Of a stretch of 64,000 nt of DNA, positions 41,853-52,510 are shown in pieces. Made by a program: the position numbers and the translations under genes. The stretch is from the human T2T-CHM13v2.0 reference genome, Homo sapiens. The notes under the pieces were generated by a model that did not search any database, was not told the DNA's origin, and was given only the letters and a program-made list of their open reading frames with translations. Within the stretch, counting starts at the first letter, position 1, and each line of letters begins with the position of its first letter. The stretch is taken from NCBI RefSeq assembly GCF_009914755.1, contig NC_060929.1; one strand, 5' to 3'.

Positions 41853-44147
41853 TGGACTAGGTTGTAGGGGAGCTCGGCTAAACCCCTCTTCTTGAGACCC
41901 CAGACTCCTTTCTGGGGTTCTTGAGCTGAAACTAGGGTCCTGCTGGGAGGCATCCTGAGGGCCACTGGCAACATGGAAGAGCACGGAAGCTTCCCTGAGG
42001 GCAGGTGAGGGGCAGGTGGGCATGGAGCCAGGCCTTGGGGCCCTTGGCAGGGCGGCTCCGTCCCTGGGAGGTGAGGGCTGCTGCTGCTGGCTGCTGTGCC
42101 AGCCCAGGGTCCGTTCTCTGTTGCTGCTGGGTCCCGGCTGGCCTGCCGCCTGCCCACAGCTTGCTTGGGCTGCCAGGCCTTTGTCTTCGTGAGTTCCTGG
42201 CTTCGCCCCTGATTTGGGTGGTGGATACAGATGACTGACACAGAGCAATGCTTTCTGGACACACAGGGCACTCCCTCCTCCTCTTGGAGAACGGAGGGTG
42301 TGTGCCAGGACAGAGGCTGTGCCTGGCATGTGGGAGAGAGTGAGCCACAGGAGGGTAAGGGCTAGTCCTCAGGCCACATGGAGAGCAGCATGAGCTGTTT
42401 TTTTCTAGATTCTGTAAGAACTCTTCCTGCTGAGTGAAAAACTCTCTCCTACTGAGAAAGAAAAGGCTGGGGAGAGTTGTCTCCTCCCTGGATAGTTCCT
42501 GCACTGTCCTCAGAAGCTGGGGAGATGGAAGATGGGAGAAGGAGAGTTGGTTTTGCTTAAGACTGGGGAGCTGAGTCTTAGGAGAATCCACCAAATCCCA
42601 TGGTTTTGCTGAGGACCTGCTGGCTGGCAGGAGATTGGACAAGATGACCCTTTGGTCAACTGAACCTGGCATCTGCCTCCAGGGCAGCTGATCTTGGCAC
42701 CATCCCCCCCCCCACCAGGACAGGTGCCACTTCCGGATAAACATTTGGGCAGGATGCCGAGGCTGGCCCCATTTCAGAGCATGACCTCTGCCGGCATCCC
42801 TCCAGGTGCGAGGCTCGGGACTTAGAAGTTGTCATGAAACAGAATCATGGCACTCTTGTCCACACTGGCAGGGGAAATAAAACTCAAACTGAAGAGAGTG
42901 GATGTAATGTTCTCAAGCGTAAGTTTTTCTTCCATAAATTTTTAATTAAACCTTTGGCACCCATTATGCCTTCATCCCTGGAAAGCTCTGGCAGATGCCA
43001 GAATTGTAGAACCATTTTCAACATGTGTGAATCCAGTGAGACGATTCACAGCTCTGTGGGGCACAGCTGTGGTCGGAACTTGAACAGTTTGTGGTGGCTT
43101 ACCAATTGCATTTTCGGATAGTAAGATTGTGCCTGGTCTGTGTGCTGGAATTTGGCACGTCAGTGCTTTGCTGCACTGCTCAGAGGGACCTGGTGACAAG
43201 TGTCCAGGCCCTGGAATAGGTGAAGACATCAGTGGCTTGGAGCCCTGTTTTTCAATTCTCAAAAGTCTGTGTTTTCATTTTGATAAAAATCTGTTAAAAT
43301 TCATACAATCTCATCAAGATTATCTGAGTACTCACCTCGTAACTTGGATTTACGGCACCACTGAAGAGACCCTTTACATGTCTTCGTAACGGTGTTTGTT
43401 CGATTGCTCGCGTTTGCACCGAGGGAAGGCCGAACACTGCTGAGGTCCACGGTACAAAGGAAGTTCAGTTTGCTTGCATTTGTTTAGGTAAAGTGAAGGT
43501 GGAACAAAGCTCATGCCAGTGGGCAGGACGGAGGCCAGGCACCCATTAGCTGGTGACCAGGGTCACGTTCATATGGCAAACAGATTCTGGCTTGCCATGT
43601 GGCAACTTGCTGGAGTTCATTGGCAGTAAATGTGCTGGGAACTATGTGAGGAAGAGATTGCTGGGATTAGAATTAGGAAGAAATGAACTAAATGTCTATT
43701 TAAGGCAGATTTTAGTAGCACCATGGGCTAATGTGGCTTCAAGTGAACAGGACAGCTTTATAGAGTTATCAGGTAATCCCTCATTAAAACTGATGCCTCA
43801 GGGTTGTGTGCAGGGTTCTGGTGTTGTATCAAGGCTGGTTAACCCGAACTTACAAACAAAGCCTTAAAGTTATTAATGCTACTTTGTCTGTTTGCATACA
43901 TCTGTTTGCAGGCAGTCACTCTCTGCGTTGGTATTAATTAAATTGAAATACAGAAACAGAACTGGCCCGAGGCCACATCTTTCTACTATTAAACCCATTC
44001 TTGGCAATTTAACTTTAGCAAAACACATCATCTAATTTTATTGGTAGTTTTGTTTGTATTTTATTTCCAAATTTGCTTTGGCTTTTATGTGTTCAAGGGT
44101 GATAAATACAAGGAGTGGATTGCACTAATTTTTGTTTCTATATACAT

Positions 44148-44580
44148 ATCCATTCATTTACCCGGGATATATTGCCTGAGCTCCTGCTCCGTGACAGGCA
44201 TGTTCTAGGCAGGGAGGATGCAGCAGTGAGTAAAGATGAAGAAAGCTCTGCCCTCGTAGAGTCTACCACCTAGAGGCGGAAATAGCCCCCAAAACAAAAA
44301 GAACCCTGAACAAACCAAAACCCCACAAACAAATTAGTAGATATACAACAAAATATTCGGTGGAGATGAAGGAAAAGTTAGCTGGGTAAGAAGATGGAGC
44401 AAAAGAGGCATTCCCCTTAGGCGAGGTGGTCTGGGTGGGCCTGTCTGAAGAGGTGACATTTACTCAGAGACCTGTGTGAGGCAAGGGAGTGGAGCACACC
44501 AGTTGGGGAAGCGGGGTTTAGCTTAGGAAGCAGGAAGTGCAAAGACCCCTGAGACGGGCATGTGATCAGTGCATGTTGTA
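44148..44580 (-). mobile_element. LINE-2 3' end
   Basis: CCATTCATT...CAGGCATGTTCTAGGC...GATGCAGCAGTGA...TCTGCCCTCGTAGAG...GAGGTGACATT...CAGAGACCTG. Confidence 0.75.
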
Positions 44581-44855
44581 TGTTTCAATTATGCTGAGAA
44601 TGAAGATTTTATATTCGTCAGCACATGGGGGTTTGGGAGCCTGCAGCAAGAGGTGGGGTAGCTAGCCTAGTGTGGGGGCCTAGGAGGACCCCAGATCCAG
44701 ACAGAGGAGAAGCCTGGGGGGCAGAAGGCTTCCCTCAGGCTTGTGAGCTGACAGGTCGGCATAGCACCTTGGCTGAGGGAGGGCAGAGGGAGGAGCCGGG
44801 GGGCACCCCTCCCCCCACCTGCAGCCTGTTCCCCCCACAACATGGGCGCATAGAG

Positions 44856-45033
44856 CGGTGGTTCTCAACCTTGAGCAGAATCACCTAGAGGGCTTGTTAA
44901 AACACAGACTGCTGAGCTCCACCCCAGGATTTCTGATTCAGGAGACCTGGGGTGGGGCATGAGAATGCAGTTCACCAAGGTTCCCAGATGATGCTGATGT
45001 TGCTGGTCCAGGGACCACACCTTGAGAGCACTG
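44856..45033. mobile_element. MER5A (hAT-Charlie MITE)
   Basis: TIRs CGGTGGTTCTCAA / TTGAGAGCACTG with internal CAGAATCACCTAGAGGGCTTGTTAAAACACAGA...TTTCTGATTCAG. Confidence 0.9.
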
Positions 45034-45269
45034 ATCGAGAGCAAACGCAGACCGTGCCAGGATTTGCCAAGAATGACTGTGGAGAGAAAGTGAGGCACAA
45101 AGCCTTCACTAAAGGTGCCCCCAGGGGTTTGACTAGGTCTGCAGTGTCCCTTGCTGAACACCACTGCGTGTATGTGTGACAGGTGTTGCCCATGCATCTC
45201 AGTCCATGGTCACTACTGTCAGGGGCCTGACTACATAGGTCAGGGAAGAGGACCCCTGTGGGAGGGGAA

Positions 45270-45388
45270 CATTGAACAGTTGATCGTGATGCAAAGGAAA
45301 GATATTTTCTTTTGGTAAAAAGTGAAGTGGGAGCCCTTATAAACCCTGATCAGCCCAAAGTTGGAAAGAATAATGTTATTATCATGAA
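45270..45388 (+). repeat. Copy 1 of a 119-bp local direct duplication (copy 2 at 47232-47350)
   Basis: Ungapped alignment by eye gives 114/119 identity. Confidence 0.95.
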
Positions 45389-45555
45389 GCTCGGGATGGA
45401 TGGGGTTGGGGCGCAGCTCTGGCACAGGGTCCCGGGCAGTCGGCACTCAGTAAATATGGACTGACACTGAGAAGTGGTGGCTCTGATGTTACCACCTAGA
45501 GAATGCATTTGTGCCCTGTGAATCTGGGGTCCAGCGGCTCTTCTGTCCTGCCCCT

Positions 45556-45581
45556 TCTCTCTCTCTCTCTCTCTCTCTCTC
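45556..45581. repeat. (TC)13 microsatellite
   Basis: Read directly from the sequence. Confidence 0.95.
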
Positions 45582-47231
45582 GTCCTCTGACTCCGCAGGC
45601 TTTAGCCTTGTCTCCTAGCCGGGGCATGTGTGAGGTCCTTTGCAAGTGACTGGGGACTCTGGAAACATGAGGTGGTGATATCCAGGGGTGAACTCCTGAC
45701 ACGTGGCTTGATTTTCCCAAGTCAAGACCCTCTGCTTTTCCCAGGGGTCTACCTTGGGTGTGGGTTTGAGCATTGTGGGAGGAAGAAGGAGAGGGAGGCA
45801 GTGGGCTGTGCTCTGCCTGGAAGCACGCAGGAAGCTGATGGGAAACAGCTGAGCCAATAGCTCTGCACACACAGAAAATAAATCCTGGCTTCCGAAGAAG
45901 CTGCAGAAAATTGATTTTTTGCAGCTTCAGTGGTCATCTTGAAGGATTTGGGGGATGGAAACGGGGCCCATTTCTCATCTCTGTTCTGTGCTGCTGGGTC
46001 AGGTGTTCCTCAGGCCCGGGTCAGTACCCCTCGCTCCTCCTTGTCTCCCCACCACTCTGTGTAGAGAGGAAGGGGCCGAGGGCTGGTCTTCCTCAGCTTA
46101 CCCCTAGTGTCCAGCTGCTTTCTGCCTGTTGCCTGCCCTTTGGGCCCGCTGCCATGGATGGGAGAGGTGCGCATGTTCGTGCAGCCAAGCTGGGATTATG
46201 GCATTTGCACAGGGATGTAGCTGTGGGTCTATGTGTCTGGGTTGTTGGGGGACAGGCTGGGGTGGGTGCCCTTTAGAGCTTGGCCTCTGCATGACTGCCT
46301 AGTCCCTCAGTGAATGCTGCAATTAATTGGCTACTAGGGAGACATTAGCCAGCTAGGTAGGTCTGCTGTAACCATCCCCCTGTGTCTGAGCAGGCTTGCT
46401 AGGGGCCAGGGCCGTGTCTGGGAACAAGGGCTGGCCCTCTGGCATGTTTCCCCTACATGTGTGGAGAGTGGACTTATCCCAGGCCCAAGGGATCTGAAGA
46501 TCCCCACAGCCAGGGAGGAAGCTGCAGCTCCAGATGGATGGTTCCCGGAACTCCTGTTGGCTTTGGATGATTTCATGGAAAACTTGGCCAGGGTGCTGTG
46601 AGGCAGAGCTGTGACCTCTCAGCTCAGCAGCCAACACAAGGAGTTCCTTCACCTTGTAGAGACATGCAGTGTGGGCCGCCACAACCCTCCCCTGGCTCTG
46701 TGTCAGCCCTGCCCTGTGGAGCCAGCTGGGTCTCTCTGGTCCCCAGCCTGTGCCTGGCTGTCAGGAGGGATGCATTCTGTCCTGCTGGGCTGATGTGAAA
46801 CCCCATGAGCTCAGGCCAAAAGAGCCCCACTCTTTGTCCACATGGGGAAGTAGGGATTAGAGACAGGAGTCTGGACTGCTGTGGTCGCTTTTGTTGAGGC
46901 TTGGAATTTGGAAAGGAATCGTCTTTCCTGGTGGTCCTCGCTGATGTGGCATACCAGTGTCTCTTTCCCCAAGTAGCGCTGCCTTGCATCGCTCGAATGT
47001 TTCCATCTTGCTTGACTTATTGGAAGGAGCCACAAAGTGAACACCCTGCCAAAAAAGATCAAGTTCATTGGGGGTTTTGATGCTGAAATCCCTGAAAAGT
47101 GGCAAGCGTTTCTTTTTCCCCGTCTTGTTTATAGTGGCAGCTTCTGTTGCTTAACACCTGGTGGCCCTGGTGCTTATGCTTGGGGTCACAATGGGGATGT
47201 GAGGAGGGAGAAGGATGGAAGAAAAGGAGAG

Positions 47232-47350
47232 CATTGGACAGTTGATCGTGATGGAAAGGAAAGATATTTTCTTTTGGTAAAAGGTGAAATGGGAGCCCTT
47301 ATAAACCCTGATCAGCCCAAAGTTGGAAAGAATAATGTTATGATCATGAA
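47232..47350 (+). repeat. Copy 2 of the 119-bp local direct duplication
   Basis: 114/119 identical to 45270-45388. Confidence 0.95.
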
Positions 47351-47794
47351 AGTGTTACGGATATGGTTCTTTTCCGCCAGATTTGGCCTGATCAGGGATT
47401 CTATATGCTGGAATTTCATGTATCACCTATTAATGCAATAATGTTATTAATAATTATAAATTAAAGAGCAGCCGACTTAGTAGGTTCTTATTTGCAGACA
47501 CCATGCCAAACCCTTTATTATCCATTATTTCATTTAATTACCTCAAGAACCCTATGGGTAATTACTATTGCCTTTTGAAAGTAAGGGAAACAGAAGCGGA
47601 GAAATGAAATAACTCGTCTGAACTCCACTGAGAGGCAGCGCAGGGAGGCCAATGGTGGGGGCTCTGGACTCAGACCCTGGATTTACCCTAAGAATACCAC
47701 TTCCTGGGTGCCAGGTACTCCTGCCTGGGACAGAGAAGCAGGGAGTTTGAATGCTTTTGTTGTAATGATAATGAGAATGGTGATGGAGAGGTGA

Positions 47795-48005
47795 TAAAGG
47801 GCAAAGGCCCTGGAGCCAGCCTCCTGAGTCCAAATCGCCATAGCACCGCTTAGCAGCTGGGTGACCTTGGGCAGGTGCCTCAGTTTCCTCATCTGTGCAA
47901 TGGGATAGCGGCTGTACTTGCTCAGGGATTGTTGTGAGGATTAAATAGCTAATCCACGTGAAGGGCCTTAAAGGGTACATCAGTAGGTGTTGGTGGTGAT
48001 TATTG
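47795..48005 (+). mobile_element. MIR SINE
   Basis: GGCCCTGGAGCCAG...GTGACCTTGGGCAGGTGCCTCAGTTTCCTCATCTGT...GATTGTTGTGAGGATTAAAT. Confidence 0.88.
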
Positions 48006-51000
48006 TCATCCTCTGTGTGTTCTCCCAGGTCCACACTTTGCTATCCAGGAGGCCCTATGGGTTAGTGTGGTGAAGCTGGCACATGATGGATGTCCAATAG
48101 ATATTCACTGGATGAAGGAATGCAATTTACCAGGTGCCCTAGAGCCTTTGGCAATAATTAATCTTCTCTTAAAAGGATCTTCCCCACAACTTCCTGCCTG
48201 AGACTGACCTGCAGGTGGGAGCCTGCCTCTCATCGACAGTGGCCAGCAGGCTTTTCCTGGGTCTTCTTGGCAGGAGGGTCACAGTCCCAGTGGATCCCGG
48301 TGGCTGCTGGAGGCACAGGTTTCTTGAGAGGCAGGTGACGGCAGACCCCAGCCCTCCAGCCTGCGAGGAGGGGGATGGTAGGAAAGCTATCGTTCTCTGA
48401 ATAAGGGGGCTGTTCCGCATCAATGTGCAAGCCATGGAGCTGGAGCCCTCCCCCCAGCCTCATGGGAAGGGGCTTGCAGAGAGCCCAGCCAGCCAGCGCA
48501 GGAGGCTGCAGGGCCTGTCAAGGTTAACAGATAGTCCTTGGCTCTCCCCTAGGAAGTAATTCAACTTCTCCCCTGACTTAGGCCACATTGTTTCAAAGCA
48601 TGTGGTATAAACTACTGACCACTGGGGAATTGCTTGAATTAACAAACTCATTTTTCCCGAGACCTGAGGTTGAACTTGACTGAGCAGTTCAGGGCTCTTT
48701 TGTAGAAATCCAGTAGATCAGGAGAACTCATGTTACACCATGTTTTCAACCTTGATCAAATGCACATTTTGCATGATATGGCCTTCTCCATGCCTGCACT
48801 CTTCCAGCTGCACCAGATTGCTTGGAACTGTGGCAAACAGGCCGGTAGCTGGCACTGGAGCCTGAGAGAGCCGGCCTCCTGCCTGGGTTGGAAGGAGCTT
48901 CAGAACGACTCCTCCCTCCTCTTCTCTCACTCCTGCCTCTCCCATACCTACTTTCGGAGTGCCTTACACTAAGAAAGAAGGGGTATGAAGGGTTAGCTTG
49001 AATCATGCCGGTTCCCCTCCCTGCTCCACTCACTCTCCTGCATGTCTTGCTTCTGCCAATGAATACCTTCTGAGCCTGTCTCCACTCCACTGGTGCACCC
49101 TCCACAGAGCCCGCGAGAGATGCAAAAGAGCAACAGCAAGCCAGTCCTTCTCCCACCTCCAGCCCCGCCCACACAGCCCTCAGCCAGGCCTAACCTAGAG
49201 CAGAGCTCAGTGGAAGCCTAGGGACAGCTTCACACCTTAGAGGACACAGGCCTCTCTCCCGCAGGCCAGGAGCTCCCCAAAAAGGTTCCACATGTGATAT
49301 AGGCTAAAACCGCAGGGGACAGTGGTTATCTAGGGCATGAGGAAGATGGGACTCAGATAAGGAGGGTAGGCTTCCTGGAGGAGCCTGGGTGGCATTTGGA
49401 AGCCCACAAGAGAAGAGAACAGGTTTTGCCAGGCTGATATGGAACTGGAAGACAGCAGCGCTCCCCACACTCTGTTCTCTGCCATCTACACACTGGGGAT
49501 TCCATTTTGGTGAGGCAGGCAAGGGGGTATGTGGCCCAAGTTAATCCTGCCTAGCATCCTGAGCACCCGGGGAGCTTATAAACCTGTGCACGGACAGCTC
49601 CACTCCAATCAATTGCCCTTGGATGGGGTGTAGATATCTGCAGTTAGAAGTTTCCCAGAGGGTTAGGATGCTGGGCCATGCTCCAGACAGCCCTCCCTAC
49701 TGCACGAGTTGGCTCTCTTTAGCCTGTCTCCTTTCCTGGAGAGGCTCTTTGGGGTTCAAAGACCTCAATCAAAGGAGACACATTTGATGGACTCTCCCTG
49801 GCTTTCAGTGCCCCCATGGCCCAGTTCAGCTCAGGCCATGGGAGGTGAGTTCTGGATCATGGTACCTCTGGGTCCCAGGGGCAGGAGATGGGGGCTCAGC
49901 CACTCCCTATGCCAACCTGTCTCCATCTAATGGTGGATGGCTCTCACCATCTCCTCTGCATGGATTTCTTTATTCCTTGGCTCCTGTCTCTTCAACCTAG
50001 AAAGAACCAGAGGCTGCCAGCTTTTGGAAGCATCATGATGTTTTGGCTTTATCTGCTGCTGCACTGTGGTTCTCCTGGAATTTCCTCACTCAATCAGGGA
50101 ATCTGATTGGCCCAACTCAAAGGTCCATGATAGCCCATAGATTGGTGCCACAGGTAGCAGATGGGAGAGGAAACATACAAGGCATGTTGTCAGTGGGCCA
50201 GGGGTGGGGCCGGCAGGTGGTGGCCATGATCAATACAGATGTCTGTTGAGGCAGAATCTTCTGAGAAGCTGAAGCCTGGCAGAAGTATCTCCATCACGGA
50301 GAGCTGGCCAGATAGTCATGTGCAGGCAGGGAAACAGAGCTAGAAAACTAGGAGATTCATGAGCTAGAGTCCTCATTTCCATTTCAAGCATGAAGTCAGA
50401 GACTCTATGTGGGTGCAGAGGGGCTCTTGGGCCTTCTCACGGCCATAGATATGGTTCCTTCTTTGTGCATCCCAGAGCTTAGTGTGCTAGGAGAGTAATG
50501 GCAGGTTTGGAGATTACTTAGCTGTCTTGATCTTCTTGTTTTAAGGAATTTTCATGACAGAGTTTCTTAATCTGAGCACCGCTGTGAAGCTTCAGGGGCT
50601 TAGGAATCATTTGACATTGGATGAGTGTTGTGCTGTGTGAGCTTTTCTGGGGAGAGGGGTCCATGCCTCTATTAGCTTCTTCCAGGTGCCCCTGGCCCCA
50701 GGCATGTGACAAGGCACTGCTTTCTGGAACATTTGAGTTGCACTGGTTTCTTGTGTCCTCAACCACAGTGAGATCTGTGGAGCAAATGGCCTTGCTTGGT
50801 TTCATCAAAGGAATGTAGAGGTGTCTTCAGAGTCTTTGTCCTCCCTGGTCACTTTCCTGGTGGCTGCTGTTGCCATAGGCAAGTTCTGGGGGAGGTTGCC
50901 ATCAGAAAAGGGTGTGCAAGACAAGTGCATAGGGGCTGTGTTTTATGCATGTGCCAAGAGAAAAGTCTCTTGTCTTTGCCTGTTTTGGTGTTGGCACTTG

Positions 51001-52299
51001 GCTTAGAAGAGCACAGAAACTTGGGCCCAGAAGTGTTTCTGCCTTCCTCTCCCTGTGCTTCCACAAGAGTACCCCTGGGGTCAGGGGAGCCACGAGAGCC
51101 TCCTGGAGTATGTGACTGCAGGGTAAAGAACTTCCTTTAGTTTCGTGGCCCTTGGAAGCAGGGGGTGTGGAATGACTCAAGCTGGCATAGGCTCATATCC
51201 AGAATATTCCCCTTGTGGCTTCCTGCCTGGGTCAAGGCCAAGCTTCCTGGGCCTTAAGGGGCTCTCTTAAGAGATCAGACCTAGCAGTGAATGCCTGCTT
51301 CACCCTCTCCTGAGCAGCTGTCATACAAGGTATTAGTTATGTGCCAAAAATGTTCTGACGGAGACACGCCAATGGCCTTGGTTGGAATGCCGGAAAACAT
51401 TCATCCCGCTGGTGGCTGTGGTGCTGACAGTGGGTACTGTCACCCTCCTGCAGTCTGGGCTTCATGTGGACATGTGTGCACTATTTATGTGGCTAACAGG
51501 CTTCCTTACTGAGGGCAAAGTTTACATGCCATAAAAAGTCCATTAGCTGAATTTAAGCTTCTCCAGAGATCATGGGGTCTAATCTGTACTTGGCATTTGA
51601 CGTGGAGAGAATTGAAAATCCCAAGGACCCTTTCTGCTGGGCTGTTGCTGGGATTGAAGAGAGAGCTTCGCTGAAGGCGTGAATAGGTGAATGGATGTAT
51701 TAGGTGAGTGAGTGAGAGAACGATATCATTGGGGCCAACTGCTTGTCTCACAAGGCTGTGAATAGAAGTGAGGCTATTTTTGGATAGGTATTCAGTAAAC
51801 AGCCTTTTATTTTTAATGCCAAGTGGCACAAAGTTAGCCATGGTAACAAGACAGTTTTGTTAAAGTGTTTAAAAATACCATTCCCTGTTTTTAAATCAAT
51901 GGTTCGAAAGCTTTTTTGTTTTTACTCTTCAGCTAAAGACTTTGCCAGGCTGAGAAGCAGTACCAGTTGACCTTTTCCCAGTTGTACATCCTAAGCCTGA
52001 GTTTAAGATTGTCTCTGCACTCAGGCAGTGTCCTTTGGCTCATCTGAAAGTGGGCCAGTTCTGCTGGCTCCTCTCCTTTCTGGGAAGTTCACCCAAGTCC
52101 CTGAGCCAAGAAGAACAGAAGGTTTGTCTGAGTCAATACCTCTACTGCATGCCTGGGCCCAGCAGAGCTTATGTTGGGTCAGTAGTCCAACCTTCAAGGC
52201 CTCACTTGAGGACCCCCCGGTCCAGCAAACGGCACAGTGTGAGATGATGGGGGGCCGTGAAATGACACCCTAGATTATGAGAGGCAGAGAAGTGCTGTG

Positions 52300-52510
52300 T
52301 GAAAAAAAAAACCCAGAAGCTTTAGAACCAGTAGATCCTGAGCTTGAATCCTGGCTCTGCCACTCACTAGCCGCATGAGCCTTGTCAAGTGCTATGACTC
52401 TCCCGAGCCTCAATATGCTCACCTGTCAGATGGGGATGATGATATGCATACTGCATGGGTGGTTCTGAGTGCTTCATGATGATAATGAGCGTTAAGTGCC
52501 ATGTAAAGCA
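52300..52510 (+). mobile_element. MIR SINE
   Basis: TTGAATCCTGGCTCTGCCACTCACTAGC...GAGCCTCA...CACCTGTCAGATGGGGATGAT. Confidence 0.8.

Noticed and set aside
41932-42744. Longest ORF in the track (270 aa) and the overlapping 190/173-aa ORFs
   Set aside because: No recognisable domain and GC-rich low-stop sequence. The overlapping ORFs run into the Alu poly-A (poly-Phe). Consistent with chance.
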